Shown one piece after another: positions 1 to 13,073 of a DNA stretch of 64,000 nt. The notes below the pieces were generated by a model that was given only the letters and a program-made list of their open reading frames with translations, searched no databases and had not been told where the DNA came from. Location of the stretch: contig JAUCBJ010001151.1 in assembly GCA_032718475.1 (NCBI GenBank), positions 1-64,000 on the forward strand, given 5' to 3'. How positions within the stretch are numbered: position 1 is the first letter of the stretch; every line of letters starts with the position of its first letter. Made by a program: the position numbers and the translations under genes. Source of the DNA: Nemertoderma westbladi. Lineage: Eukaryota; Animalia; Xenacoelomorpha.

Positions 1-518
1 ATTTAGTGTTCCCGAATATTTATTAGGTAACTACAAACTAGAGAGCCATAACAAGGAACAAAATCAACCAATGTTGGATATTGAGTTCCGTTCTGGAATT
101 CGCCTTGCACACACTAAAGTTGCAATAACTTTTGAGTGTGTGAATGGATTTTGCTCATACTTGCAAACCTTTTCTACTTCGATGCTCTTTCAACACAAGT
201 CAGCAAGTAATATAAAGAAATTCCATCAAAAATATTTTATTTCACTTTTTTCTTCGGGAAAAGAAACTATACAGCTATAATCAATGCAATCCTATGGGTT
301 AGGCTACTTTTTTCGTAGTGAAAAAAAGTCAAACTTTTCGCCCGATTTTGGGGTACATTCGATAGAATAAGTAACAATTTAAGAATAAAAGTATTTTTTT
401 GTCCTTCTTATAATCCGCATTTTCACAAAATTAATTTTAATTGCCAATTGTTTTAAATAGTGTATTTTGAATCTATTGTATCGATGTAATAAAAATCGGT
501 TATATTCTGCTATTACAG

Positions 519-2527
519 TAGGGTTTTTAAAAAACATCATTTTAAAAATCTGTGATGTTTTAATTGTTTTTTTTGTTTTTTAAAATGTTTTTTTTGTTTT
601 AAATGTTTTTTTTGTTTTTTTTTCTAAACAAGGTATTTCTCCGATAAAAAATATATTTTGAGTTGCTGTAGAGGATAGGCCTAGTACTTTTCTATCTTTA
701 AAGTTAACATAGGTCCTACATAGGCCTACAGGCCTACTATGTGACAAAGCCAGACCACATAACTTCTTCAAATACAGTCCGACAGTGCAAACAGACTACC
801 TATCAGCCTATAATACTGTCTGACTGTTAAAAGATATAACTGTATAATAGCCTACTGTAACAACTGTAATACCAGAATAATGCAGTAATGCTTAGGCCTA
901 TATGGCATTTGAATGTAGTATTGTCTACCTACCTGTACTGTGTAGGTTAGGTAGTCCTGCCATGTACAGCTGTTCTGGTTGTGGTAACGGTACCGGTACC
1001 TGAAATAGACAGGCCTAGCATAGAACTAAATATGAAGCAGAGTGAACAGCGAGGTCGGAAGAGCTCGATAGGACATCGATTTTTCGATTCGACGATATCA
1101 GACCGGAAGAACATATGTATCTTCTGTATAGTACATTACATTTTGTGAACTATATAGTACTTTTTGTGCTGTTTTTTGTCAACTATAGTACTTTTTGTGT
1201 TTAACCCTGCCCCGGTATGGTAAAAAATTATCCTTCACTGGTAACATGGGGTATATTTATACCCCAAATTGATAAGACATTTTAAGTAACATTAAACAGA
1301 AAAACACTTGCATTCCCCCTCCCAGAATTTGCCAAATGGTGAAAAAATAAGTTGTGAATTTTTTTTTCAATTTGGTTGAAGTCTACCCAACGCTCAATGC
1401 TACAGAAGTTATCCCACTACAATCGCGATTCATCGTTAACGTCGCGATGGGGCGTTTTGCAACAAGATACTATCATAGCGAAGCATTAGCTGTGAGAGTG
1501 TTTCTCATTTTAGGTTTTTTAGTGGTGTTATGGGTCAAGTACACCCTGAAGTATACCATTGCAGTTCCAATAAGCATAAAATGAGTCAAATACCACCACT
1601 AAAAGTCAACAAAGTGATATATATATACAGATATATCACCTCGCAATAGCACAAGATCTTGAATTGTAATTTGAAATATACACCATGACTGCAAAAGTAC
1701 TGATGATTTGGTCATAAAATGTGATTATTGTCCAACTAAATTATACATTGCAGTTTCAATGAACCCAAAATGAGACCCAAAAGGCCAGAACACCTCTAAG
1801 AAAGCCTACACAATAAGAATTATTCACATATACTTAGTAATCTATCCCATCGTGATTAGGCCGAAGTCTTGGCTTGTGAAATACAGGCCATACACAATAC
1901 AGTAGCTTCATAATACTGATAATTTGGTCTTAAAAGACAAAGTTAAAACATGCCTCTAGCTGTCTAGTACAACTAAATCGACCATTGTGGTTCCAATGAA
2001 ACCAAAATGAGTCACAAAGCACCACTAAACGAGCACCATAACGTTATGGGGTATTTTTATACCCCATCTTACCTAACTAAGTTGTTTTCAAATTAAGGGC
2101 CCATAACATTTTTCATAAACAAAATTTTATGGGTTTGACCCACACTGCCATGTACAGCTGTTCTGGTTGTGGTAACGGTACCGGTACCTGAAATAGACAG
2201 GCCTAGCATAGAACTAAATATGAAGCAGAGTGAACAGCGAGGTCGGAAGAGCTCGATAGGACATCGATTTTTCGATTCGACAATATCAGACCGGAAGAAC
2301 GTATGTATCTTCTGTATAGTACATTACATTTTGTGAACTATATAGTACTTTTTGTGCTGTTTTTTGTCAACTATAGTACTTTTTGTGTTTAAACTGCTGA
2401 TAAGGTTAAAAAAAATAAAAAAAACAAAAAAAACAAAAAACTGTTTTTTAAAAATTAATAAAAAACAAAAAAAACATTGTTTTAAAACATTTGTTTTAAA
2501 ACATGGTGATGTTTTTTAAAAACCCTA
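519..2527. mobile_element. Non-autonomous hAT element (MITE) inserted just upstream of the transposase ORF
   Basis: Perfect 21-bp TIRs TAGGGTTTTTAAAAAACATCA (519-539 and 2507-2527). 8-bp TSD TATTACAG at 511-518 and 2528-2535. Confidence 0.92.
957..2392 (+). repeat. 248-bp direct duplication (957-1204 and 2145-2392) flanking a ~940-bp insert that begins TTAA|CCC (piggyBac-like end)
   Basis: Two near-identical copies from CTGCCATGTACAGC to TTTTGTGTTTAA. The insert starts CCCTGCCCGG directly after TTAA. It holds three diverged ~200-bp repeats and two GGGGTATWTTTATACCCC palindromes. Confidence 0.8.
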
Positions 2528-2588
2528 TATTACAGTATTAATTATACTGTTGGATATCTGCCAATTTAATTTAATTCAAATAATAACA

Positions 2589-5500
2589 ATGTCATGTAAA
2601 AGTGGTTCCAGGAAGAGAAAAGAAAAAAGCGAAAAAGAAAGATCGATACAAGCGGTAAAGTGTGCCAAACTAACTCAACTTTGGAATCCTGTAGGTGGAT
2701 CTGCAGCTACCAGGACGAGCATGCCAAATAGTCAGCCTTGTAGGCTTGATGACCATGATAACATTGCAATTGGTCAGAATCAAACATCACTGGATCACAT
2801 CAGTTCGTTGGATGATCATGACCAAGGAGATGACAGAGTATGTACCAGTACCAGCGCTATTGTGGTTAGCTTTAGAGATGCTGCTCTTCCTCTTAGTGGT
2901 GTTGTGCCTGAAGAACAGCCTATCAGTGGATTTATTAATTCTACTGAACATATTCACTGTTTTCGACGACCTGGGGCTTCTTTGAGACTTGAGTTTATGG
3001 AGAAACATCCAATACATCCTGTTTTACCTGGCCTACCATTTTCTGTTTCTAAAGCTTACAATAGACAGTGTAAGAACAATAATCCTAATGTCCTTCAACG
3101 GTCTTGGCTTTCTTACTCTGTAGATCAGCAAGCTATGTACTGTTCTGTTTGTCTAGCATTTGGAGAAGTAAACAGTGAGTCACCCTTTGTTTCCATTGAT
3201 GGTTTTTCTGATTGGAGTCATACATATCAACGTATAAGTGAACATGAAAGTTCACAATATCATCACAGATCAGCATCACAATTCTTTGCTTTTAAAGCTA
3301 AAATGACATTGCCTCAATTGCTAACAACAGAGTGTTGGGATTTAAGGAACCGACAAGTTGTAGAAAGAAGAGCTGTTGTTTCTGTAATCATAGATGCTGT
3401 AAAGTTTATTGGTAAGCAAGGTCTTCCATCTAGATCACACAGGGGGGAAGGTTTACATTCATTGAATAATGATATTAACCATGGCAACTTTCTTGAACTC
3501 ATAAAAGAGTTGGCTAAACACAACGATATTCTAAAGCGCCATGTTGACAAGTGTGTCAAGTATTCGACGGACAAAGCAAGAAAGGGTGGCTCTGAACATA
3601 CAGTAAAAGGGCGGGGTTCATTTGTTTCGTTTCTCAGTTCAGATACGTTTACAGCCATAGTGAATATCATAGGTGATCTTTTACGGCAGAAAATTGTTAC
3701 TGATATCAAGGAGGCTGGTACATATGGATTGATGATTGACAGTACTCAGGACATTACAACTAAAGATCAGTGCTGTATTGCAGTAAGGTATGTGGTAGGT
3801 TCTACTGTTTATGAGAAAATGTTGGCTCTGGTTAATACGAGCTCTGACACCTCTTCACAAGGCCTCTTTAATGCACTTAATCAGGTTTGTGAGAAGTTTC
3901 AAATTCCCTTGAGCCAATGCATTGCAGATGCTTTTGATGGTGCCTCCAATATGAGTGCCGAGTACAATGGGCTACAAGCTAAACTGAAAGATGTATCTCC
4001 AAACCACATCCACACATGGTGCTATTCACATGTGTTGAACCTCGTGATCACCGACAGCTGTTCTTCTTTGGAATGTGTTTCATTCTTTGGGTTGTTGCAA
4101 GCAGTCTATGTGTTCTTCGCTGATAGTTACAAGCGTATGGCAGTTTGGGAGAAAACCTTGGAGCAACAGTTGGGAGAAGGATGCATGCAACGATTAACAA
4201 ATCTTGGAAAAACCCGCTGGCGAGCCAAAAACAATGCCACAGTGAAGATTTTTGGTACTTATCACTCTGCTGGTGATCAAAGTAGTACATGCTTGTATCC
4301 TGTACTAGTATTATGTTTAGACGAAATTTCAAAATCTGATCATTTTAAAGCCATTCACCGATCAGAAGCGAAATCTTTGTGTGAAAACTTGCTTAAATAT
4401 GAGACTGTTATGGTGGCGTTTCTCTTTCTCAGGATTTTCATGTTCACGACACCATTATCTGATTACCTTCAATCAAGTGGTATGGATTATGCCCAAGCCT
4501 GGCGCCAAGTTTCAACTGTAAAGAATCAATTACAGTCAATTTCAAGAGATTTCGTGACACTTGAGGACACTGCCAATCAATTTGTCTCACAGATGAACTC
4601 GAAACTAGAAGATTTGAACTCTGATGTTATCGTTAGCAGTACTTTTCTAGAGAAACGTTGCCGAAAAAAGAAAAAAATGCCTGGCGAAATGGCAAGCGAT
4701 GAACCTTTTAAAGATCCAAAGGATGAGTTCAAAGCAAGGGTCTACAATGTTGTTATAGATACGGCTATTAATCAAATTGTTAATCGCTTTTCCGAACATG
4801 GAAAATTGTATCAGAGCTTAGAACTCTTAGATCCAAAGAATTTTGGAAAAATATCTTCAAATAATGAACTATTGAGAGTAGAACATTTTCGATTTTACAC
4901 ACATCGACATTTACGATTTCTCACCATCCTTCCTGATCTTGATTTGAACAGATTTAGAAGTGAACTTTCCCAATTTGCCAATGAGTGGTCCCTACTCAAC
5001 AACCTACGATTCCATACAAACCAATAACTGATGTCGATGAATGTGAAGACGATATATGTGTGGAACATCCTGGGAAATGCCTTGGCGACTGCCTCGTCGG
5101 TTGTTTAAAGGTTATGGTCGAATATAATTTTTTCTCCTCGGCATATGAGACTCTCTGCATGGTTTACAGAACAGTTCTAACTCTACCCATGACCCAGGTA
5201 ATGTGAGTGTGAGACAGATAAATATATACATCATTTGTCTTAATATAATTCACCAATAATAATAATAAATACATTATGTAAAATTTACAAATAGAATTAT
5301 AGAAAAATAGAGTTTGTTATAAAATATTGAAACTGAAACTAATTACTGAAGATAAGTTGAGTAGCCTACATAATTATTACCTGTATTCTTTTGTAGGTAA
5401 TTTTATTAATTGTAATAACTAAATTTTATTTTATCAGGTTTGCTGTGAACGAGTCTTCTCTCAGTTGAAACTTATTTTAACTCGTCTACGCAGTACGTTG

Positions 5501-5632
5501 ACTCAGGAACATTTGGAGGCATTTCTCCTGATGAAATTAAACAGGTGTTGGACTGAGGGAATTGAATCATCGGTTATAATTGAAAAACTTTGCGAAGGAA
5601 GCACCACACTTAAAGCCTTGCTACAATTATAA
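2589..5632 (+). pseudogene. hAT transposase (ZMYM1/TTF-zinc-finger, DUF4371-like core, C-terminal hAT dimerisation domain) with one frameshift and one intron
   Basis: Motifs RSWLSYS..MYCSVC, GNFLEL, catalytic DSTQD, DGASNM, CYSHVLNL and TRW. There is a frameshift near 4990-5027 into ...YETLCMVYRTVLTLPMTQ. A GT-AG intron at 5198-5437 is followed by VCCERVFSQLKLILTRLRSTLTQEHL...LLQL* (stop 5630-5632). Confidence 0.9.
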
Positions 5633-5669
5633 CTAAATCGAAACTCCGCGTTAAAAAGTGTAAATAATA

Positions 5670-7047
5670 TTGTAACACGACGTTTACAAAGCTGCATATA
5701 CTCTTGTAACACGTGGCTTTTTACTAAGCTGCATATAATCTTTAACATGAGACGTTTACCTAGCTGAATATAATCTTGTAACACGTATTGTTTACTAAGG
5801 TGCATATAATCTTGTAACACGTATTGTTTACTAAGCTGCATATAATCTTGTAACTCGTATTGTTTACTAAGCTGCATATAATATTGTAACACGTGTTGTT
5901 TACTAAGGTGCATATAATCTTGTAACACTCTATTGTTTACTAAGCTGCATATAATCTTTAACACATGACGTTTACCTAGCTGCATATAATATTGTAACAC
6001 GTGTTGTTTACTAAGCTGCATATAATCTTGTAACACGTGTTGTTTACTAAGGTGCATATAATCTTGTAACACTCTATTGTTTACTAAGCTGCATATAATC
6101 TTTAACACATGACGTTTACCTAGCTACATATAATATTGTAACACGTATTGCTTACTAAGCTGCATATAATATTGTAACACGTGTTGTTTACTAAGCTGCA
6201 TATAATCTTGTAACACGTGTTGTTTACTAAGCTGCATATAATATTGTAACACGTGTTGTTTACTAAGCTGCATATAATCTTGTAACACGTGTTGTTTACT
6301 AAGCTGCATATAATCTTTAACACATGACGTTTACCTAGCTACATATAATATTGTAACACGTATTGTTTACTAAGCTGCATATAATATTGTAACACGTGTT
6401 GTTTACTAAGCTGCATATAATCTTGTAACACGTGTTGTTTACTAAGGTGCATATGATCTTGTATCACTCTATTGTTTACTAAGCTGCATATAGTCTTTAA
6501 CACGTGACGTTTACCTAGCTGCATATAATCTTGTAACACGTGTTGTTTATTAAGCTGCATATAATCTTGTAACACGTGTTGTTTACTAAGGTGCATATGA
6601 TCTTGTAACACTCTATTGTTTACTAAGCTGCATATAGTCTTTAACACGTGACGTTTACCTAGCTGCATATAATCTTGTAACACGTGTTGTTTATTAAGCT
6701 GCATATTATCTTGTAACACGTGTTTTTAACTAAGCTGCATATAATCTTTAACACGAGACGTTTACCTAGCTGCATATAATCTTGTAACACGTATTGTTTA
6801 CTAAGGTGCATATAATCTTGTAACACGTATTGTTTACTAAGCTGCATATAATCCTGTAACTCGTATTGTTTACTAAGCTGCATATAATCTTGTAACTCGT
6901 ATTGTTTACTAAGCTGCATATAATCTTGTAACATGTATTGTTTACTAAGCTGCATATAATCTTGTAACAGGTGACGTTTACTAAGCTGCATATAATATTG
7001 TAACAGGTGACGTTTACTAAGCTGCATATAATAGCTGCATATAATCA
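5670..7047. repeat. 36-bp minisatellite (~38 copies, with interspersed 35-bp variants) in the 3' part of the hAT element
   Basis: Unit TAAGCTGCATATAATCTTGTAACACGTGTTGTTTAC. It produces the spurious 12-aa-periodic ORFs on the minus strand. Confidence 0.95.
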
Positions 7048-7299
7048 TTATTCAAGAAATATTTTATACATGATGATGGGGGGGGGGGTGGTCAAAATTA
7101 TAGGTGGTCTGGTATTTATAAATGGGCCCTTATTTTGGGATTTCCCGGGCCCCTCACTTGTTCCCACCACGCCACTGATATAGCCTACTCGACTCACGCA
7201 ATGCATTGTTTATTCTTTTTTGATATAATAGATAGTAATTTTATTTTTATTATTGAGTCAACTTAGTTTAATTCATTATGTTTGCATTGCATTCCTTAG

Positions 7300-8131
7300 G
7301 CCGGCGTCAGGAATAATACGATGAAGGGGGAATGTAAGTCGGAGATTGCAATCAAGAAAGTTGTTGCGTTCCCCGACTTTGCTGTTGGTGGCAACCCCAC
7401 CAGCAGAATGAAGAGGAAGGCTGCCAGTGACGTCAAGGAGGTCCTTCGTCTTGGTTCTGCCACCGGGGAGTGCCACTATGGCGATGTTGGGGGCCTAACA
7501 GTCTACTGGGTTATGGTCCCCGACGTACATTCCCACGCCGCCCACTTAGTCGGTGATGCGGCCCGTCCATTCCAGCGGACTACGGATGACGTCATGGCCT
7601 ACATGAAGTCGCAAGTTGCTGCTGGGTTTTACTCCATTCCCGCACTACGCCGAGCCAACGAGGTCTTCGTGGAGGGAATGGTGTCGGACACGCGTCTTGC
7701 AGAGATGCCGGACTTGAGCTCTAAGCGGTTGGTATCGTTGGTGGCAGGTGGCAGGCCTATCGTTATTGTTTGAAGTATACCTATATATATATATATTTTA
7801 TTTAGTTTTACCAACGTTATTTGGTAGTCAAACAAATGATAATTTGTATACAGGTAGTGATAGAGAGTTGAGACGATAAAAATACGCAATAGTAATTTAG
7901 ACAGAGCTGATTACATTGAACAAATCACAAAAATTTATTTCCGTTATTAAATTGACATACCTTTTAGCTATTATTTAATTTTATAGTTTTTCATATTATT
8001 TTTTATGGTTTATTATTTATAGTTATATATATATAATGTGTAATGTCCTTTAATTGATTAATTAATAAATTGGTTAATTTTTCAGTCTGTAAAATTTACT
8101 TTATATTGTGCTTTTACAGGTACTTCATGAC
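7300..8131 (+). pseudogene. CaRF-like (calcium-responsive transcription factor family) coding remnant: exon 7300-7727 spliced to an exon starting at 8120 that is interrupted at 8132
   Basis: GC-rich island after the acceptor ...TTCCTTAG. The translation ECKSEIAIKKVVAFPDF...YWVMVPDVHSHAAH...VMAYMKSQVAAG...LRRANEVFVE aligns by eye with the CaRF conserved region as I recall it (CPARIYIKKVQKFPEY...WYVQLP..AHQYH...VAHKIQELVSQG...VRKQLRKFVE). A phase-2 splice from GTTGGT (7728) to TTTTACAG (8119) gives KRYFMT. Confidence 0.6.
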
Positions 8132-8250
8132 TAGGGATGTCCCGGAATTCCGTTCCGGCCGGAATTCCGGCGGTTTTTGCCCGATTCCGGTTCCGGCCGG
8201 AATTGCCGGAATGGGGTCAATTCCGGCCGGAATTTTACCGGAATTACCAG
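8132..8250 (+). mobile_element. Left end of a hAT-like MITE (TAGGGATG... with CCGGAATTCCGG repeats); right end not found
   Basis: TAGGGATGTCCCGGAATTCCG terminus followed by clustered CCGGAAT/ATTCCGG subterminal motifs. Confidence 0.55.
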
Positions 8251-8519
8251 GTTCCTAACTGATTTGATAATTGCAATTAGTTTGTTAAATTATTATCAAC
8301 ATTTATATTATATATTATTTCAACATTATTACCATAACATTACCACAACATTTTACATTTATACATATATATTTTTTTTTTTTGATACACATTCTGAAAA
8401 CACAGGAAAATGCAAGTAGAGTAAACACTAGAAACAAGGTGATTGCTGTTTTTAGTTGTGTTTAAGTGGTTCGGTGTCTTGTTGCCTGTTTTGTTCGTAA
8501 TTGTAAATACGGGTAAAGT

Positions 8520-9511
8520 ATACTTTTCCGGAAATTCGGTAACCAAGTTCTGAAATTAGTAACCGGAGACTAAAATTGGTAACTGGGTGCACTAATATGG
8601 AACTGGATGGCAATTTGTAACTTGATACTCAAATTAGTAACCGCGGGAACTATAATTTGTAACCTGAAAGAGAAATTCGTAACCAAGTACTGAAATTAGT
8701 AACCTGAGACTGAAATTGGTAACTGGGTGCACTAATATGGAACTGGGTGGCAATTTGTAACTTGATACTCAAATTAGTAACCGGGAACTATAATTTGTAA
8801 CCTGAAAGAGAAATTCGTAACCAAGTACTGAAATTAGTAACCTGAGACTGAAATTGGTAACTGGGTGCACTAATATGTAACTGGGTGGCAATTTGTAACT
8901 TGATACTCAAATTAGTAACCGGGAACTATAATTTGTAACCTGAAAGAGAAATTCGTAACCAAGTACTGAAATTAGTAACCTGAGACTGAAATTGGTAACT
9001 GGGTGCACTAATATGGAACTGGGTGGCAATTTGTAACTTGATACTCAAATTAGTAACCGCGGGAACTACAATTTGTAACCTGAAAGATAAATTCGTAACC
9101 AATACTGAAATTAGTAATCTGAGACGGAAATTAGTAACATGGGGATGAAATTGGTAACGTTTGCACTAATATGTATCTGAGTGGCAATTTGTAACTGATA
9201 CACAACTGGGAACTTCAATCTGTAACCAGAAACAAAAATTCGTAACCAAGTACTGAGATTGGTGACAAGGGAATGAAATTGGTAATCGGGTACACTAATG
9301 TAATATGTTGAGTCAAGTGATGTCATGTCATGTGAGGTGAGGTCAGGTTAGGTTTGATTAGGTTAGGTTAGGTCAGGTTAGGCTGAACCAGTAGTCAGGT
9401 CAGGTTTGTCGTCAAATGGCGTCAAGCGTGATTTCAAATTCATATACCTTGCCCGTTTTGGCAAGTAAAAAAGAATACCTTGCCTATTTTGGCAAGTTAA
9501 TGAATCTCTAG
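8520..9511 (+). mobile_element. Non-autonomous Helitron-like element with an internal ~140-bp tandem array and AGGTY microsatellite
   Basis: Canonical 3' end: hairpin CTTGCC-TATTTT-GGCAAG (9479-9496), 11 nt, then CTAG (9508-9511) followed by T. A second copy of the hairpin lies just upstream. The 5' TC end was not located, so the start is approximate. Confidence 0.6.
8531..9295. repeat. ~140-bp higher-order tandem repeat (~5.5 copies), each made of seven ~20-bp subunits with an AAATTNGTAAC core
   Basis: Units start near 8531, 8671, 8811, 8949, 9088 and 9235. Confidence 0.9.
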
Positions 9512-9714
9512 TTGGGGGTGTGATGGAACAAATAAATAAATTACGAATACTATACGAAATGTTCTACAGTAAATACAATAATTACCGTACTACAATAATT
9601 ACAAAGATTCTGCTTTTTTAGGCTCAAATTTTAATATCATCTCAATATCAAAGTCATGTGATGGGACGCGATGTCGAATTAAGTGATCTCAAGTGAATTG
9701 AGGTCGTGATGTTT

Positions 9715-9945
9715 AGTGAGTGACGTCAAGTCAAGTAGAGTCAGGTTAGTTGACTAAGTGATCAAGTGACGTCAAGTCAAGTGCCACCAAGTCAAGTGCC
9801 ATCAAGTCCAGTGACTTCAAGTCAAGTGATGTAAAATCAAGGTACATAATGTCAAGCAAGTTACGTCATTCAAGTAACTTCAAGTCAAGTGACGTCATGC
9901 CAAGTGCCATAAAGTCAAGTAATGTCATGTCAAGGCTGTCAACTC
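9715..9945. repeat. Degenerate (GTCAA)-based ~15-bp minisatellite
   Basis: Recurring GTCAAGTCAAGTGAC-like units. Confidence 0.75.
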
Positions 9946-11144
9946 AAATATCATATACATTAAAAGCATAATTGCTCTCGTTCTGTATATCTGATCACCA
10001 ATTAGACATCTTACAACATTCCACCTGTTATGAACAAATTCATATAATTATCTTTCAGTGTGCTGAACTCTGAACGCTGGTTTAGGAGTATATTCAACGT
10101 ATAATCTAACATGAAGTCTAAGACACTGCAGAGTGTAGGCTAAGGCCTACATTATGATATGCCTCAAAGGCAAAGCAGTTCTCCAAAATGTAGGGCTTGT
10201 TTTGGGGGTCATACTGTACACTATATCTGTATCTGGTATCCCTTGGACGAACACCACTCGCTACGTTCTCCCGACATCAAGCACAGCGCAGGGATGGACG
10301 TTCTTGTTTGTTTACATGTTACGGGTATCTATTCTATCAAATGTTGAAGTGAAAGCCGTTTCGGGAGATTATCACTAACTACTTGACACAGCCGAGGATT
10401 CGGAATTTTCGGATTCATGGGAATCACTGGCCTCGTCGTCTGTTATGTCGTAACCATACTAGTTTAGGGACATACGTTGCCTCTTTGGGATATGGTTCCA
10501 TCATAAATTATACTGTACGCTAAATGAGGGGGGGGGGGGGGGGGGGGGTGGTCTAATTATAAAATATAATCAAATATATAAAATATGCCCGCACATCTTA
10601 CAACATTCCACCTGTTCTGAACAAATTCATATATTATCCTTCAGAGTGCTAAACCAGCTGCTTTATGAATATATTCAACGCAGTTTTCGTATTCATTAAA
10701 ACACTCGTTGCGCTCTTCCTGTACATCTTGTCATCAAAATAAATAGCTTACAACATTCCACTCCCGGTTTTGAACAAAATGATAACTCTTTCAATATGCT
10801 ACTGTATATCAGGCGGTTTAGGATTATATATAGTCAACGCAGTACTCGTCTTCATTAAAAGCCTCGTTGCGCTCGTCCTGTTTTGACTGAGAGTATTTTT
10901 CACAAACTTACACTTACGACCTTTATAACTATGTAAATTCTCGAAACTGCGCGTGGAACTGCTGATTTATGGCAGATGGACATATACTGTACAATATAGT
11001 TCATACCAAGCTTTTGAGAAAATACCGACAGCGTTACATACAACGGCAGGTTGGTTAGAAATAGCTGCATTGAAATGGAAATTCTAAGCATAATATTCTG
11101 CGTAAATTTTAATACGACAGATTTCGATAATTATTGACGCCGAC

Positions 11145-12381
11145 TGTAAAAGCTTCTGTGGGATATAACTGGCCCCTTTTGCTCCGCAATCCAGTTTCCC
11201 CCCAGGCGCTGGAATACTCTAAAAAGGTTCTCTAACTGTATATATATTCCCCTCGCCCGCAAGGTACCGTTACAGGTGTTTTAACGGACATAAAAGGCAT
11301 TCTGCTATATACGTGTTTTGGCGGACATGGTAAGGCAAAAAACCTGCAATGCACCAACTACCTTTCACAGTTTAGCCGTGATGATTCATATTACGACATC
11401 TAACAGCTGGTTGCTGACATGGAAACAGCCATTGGACGCATGGTTCTTTGTTTGGCTTGAGCCAATCAGAGCGATTTTTCCTGTCGACGTGTAGCTTTTC
11501 AGCCGATCATAAGGAGAGTGTTCAGTCTTACTGTTTTTTACTTGATACTTTGTTGTTATTGCTGTCTAAGCCAGAAACACCGGCTTTTTGGGAAGAACTC
11601 TAGTAAACTGCTTGAATTATCGAAAGTATAAACTGTTACCTCAATAACTCACTAATTAACATGCTCACTTAATTTAATTGCATTAATCATATTGTTTGTA
11701 CTGTTATTTTACCGTCAGTTATTAATTGTACCTATTTGTTGATGGAAATATTGCTCTTTGGATAATACGGATAAATCACCCAAATTCCCAATTTTCTTGA
11801 TACACTACAGGTTAGAGAGACCGGCTATACATAACAATTGCGATTTATATTAATGTGGTGTGTATTGAATCCAATGTTATTTAGCAGACCCTACGTGAGT
11901 CAATTACTGCTCTCTTTATGTGTGATCAAATATACTGACGGTCGGCAGAATAGTGTGTATGATTGTGATTGGTAACAAAGTATTTCCTAAAGAATACGCT
12001 TTATACTTCAATCATAAGCAGTATCGTTGCGTTTAGTATAAGTCTTAGTTCTGTTTAAATAGATAAAGCGCCACGTCCTAAAGGAACTGTTAATATTTCC
12101 CGAAAGCCAATAATATCTGTCAGAGATTAATTATTAACGATCTATCGAATAATACAGTAGGTATACACTGCAACCTTACACTGCAATAATAAAATTTAAG
12201 CATCCGAATTCAGTCTCCCGGGTGTAGATCCATCGGGTGAATGATCGCGCATGGGCTGATTTCGGCTAGTGTTTTGCGTATTAGCATAAAATATTGTCGT
12301 ATGCTAAAGTGGTTTTAATTAACTAAAAGACATATAAATTTTGGTAGGTTAAACTGCTAAAGGTCTTCAAAAGCGCGAACA
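11145..12381 (+). mobile_element. Solo LTR of the element-B BEL/Pao family (diverged subfamily)
   Basis: TGT...ACA termini, 5-bp TSD CCGAC (11140-11144 and 12382-12386). Colinear with the LTR at 17611-18871. Confidence 0.95.
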
Positions 12382-13073
12382 CCGACTATGCCGTAAGGGT
12401 AAGACTATGACTATATAACTAAATATAATACTTTATCAGAAGACAGTCTGTAAGTAAGCAATCAGTCTGTGATGTGTAACTGCAAGCCTATTTAATCCCA
12501 GCTGTTTATGTTATTATTTATACCGTTGTCTTGACAGTGCATCTTAGCAACTAAGCGCCTCCTGTAATTGTATTGGCTGTTACTGCTTTCTACCTTACCC
12601 CCAGCTTATGTCGAGTCTGTGGAGTGAATTTAGCATCACCCGAGCTGGTTGCATTCAGCCCCACTCCATTCCGGAATCCTTTATAAATTGGCTGTTTTTT
12701 GTCGATCAGCTGAATTCACATTAAAGAAATATTTAGAAATTTAAGAATTTAGAATTTAGAATTTAGAAATATTTACAGTCACTAAATTAGTTTGGATTCT
12801 CTTCTCCACCAAACTTATCAATCCTGTCACGTTACGTGTGTGTATTATATGTAATGTAGGCGAGTAGCGAGTAGGCGTATACTGTATGATAATATTACAA
12901 CTCACAAGACATAACAGCAATATGAATAGTTCAATAGCTCTCGCTGATAATATCGTTCAAGAAGCCTCTTATTTTGGTTTCAAGTGGAATTATAAATATT
13001 TCAATACGTTTCGATCATCCAATGAAACATTTATTGGTTTAAACTTAAATTTTCTGAGTTTAATAATAATTTT

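Larger units (their letters stand above)
1..7177 (+). mobile_element. hAT-superfamily DNA transposon; 5' end probably upstream of the window, 3' terminus at 7177
   Basis: Contains a hAT transposase. It ends in ...GTTCCCACCACGCCACTG (reverse complement CAGTGGCGTGGTGGGAAC, a hAT-type CAG terminus), preceded by subterminal GGGCCC motifs. The left TIR and TSD are not visible, so the extent is inferred. Confidence 0.6.

Noticed and set aside
5670-7047. 36-bp repeats as a CRISPR array, or the MQLSKQHVLQDY ORFs as a protein
   Set aside because: Units are head-to-tail with no unique spacers, there are no cas genes and the context is eukaryotic. The 35-bp variants break the reading frame.
9340-9385. 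TTAGG repeats as an interstitial telomere
   Set aside because: Only a few units, mixed with TCAGG and TGAGG, and located inside a Helitron-like element where such microsatellites are common.
10004-10880. Three diverged ~100-bp repeats (CTTACAACATTCCAC...) around a short GC-balanced segment
   Set aside because: The repeats are real, but no termini, TSD or coherent ORF could be found to support a call.
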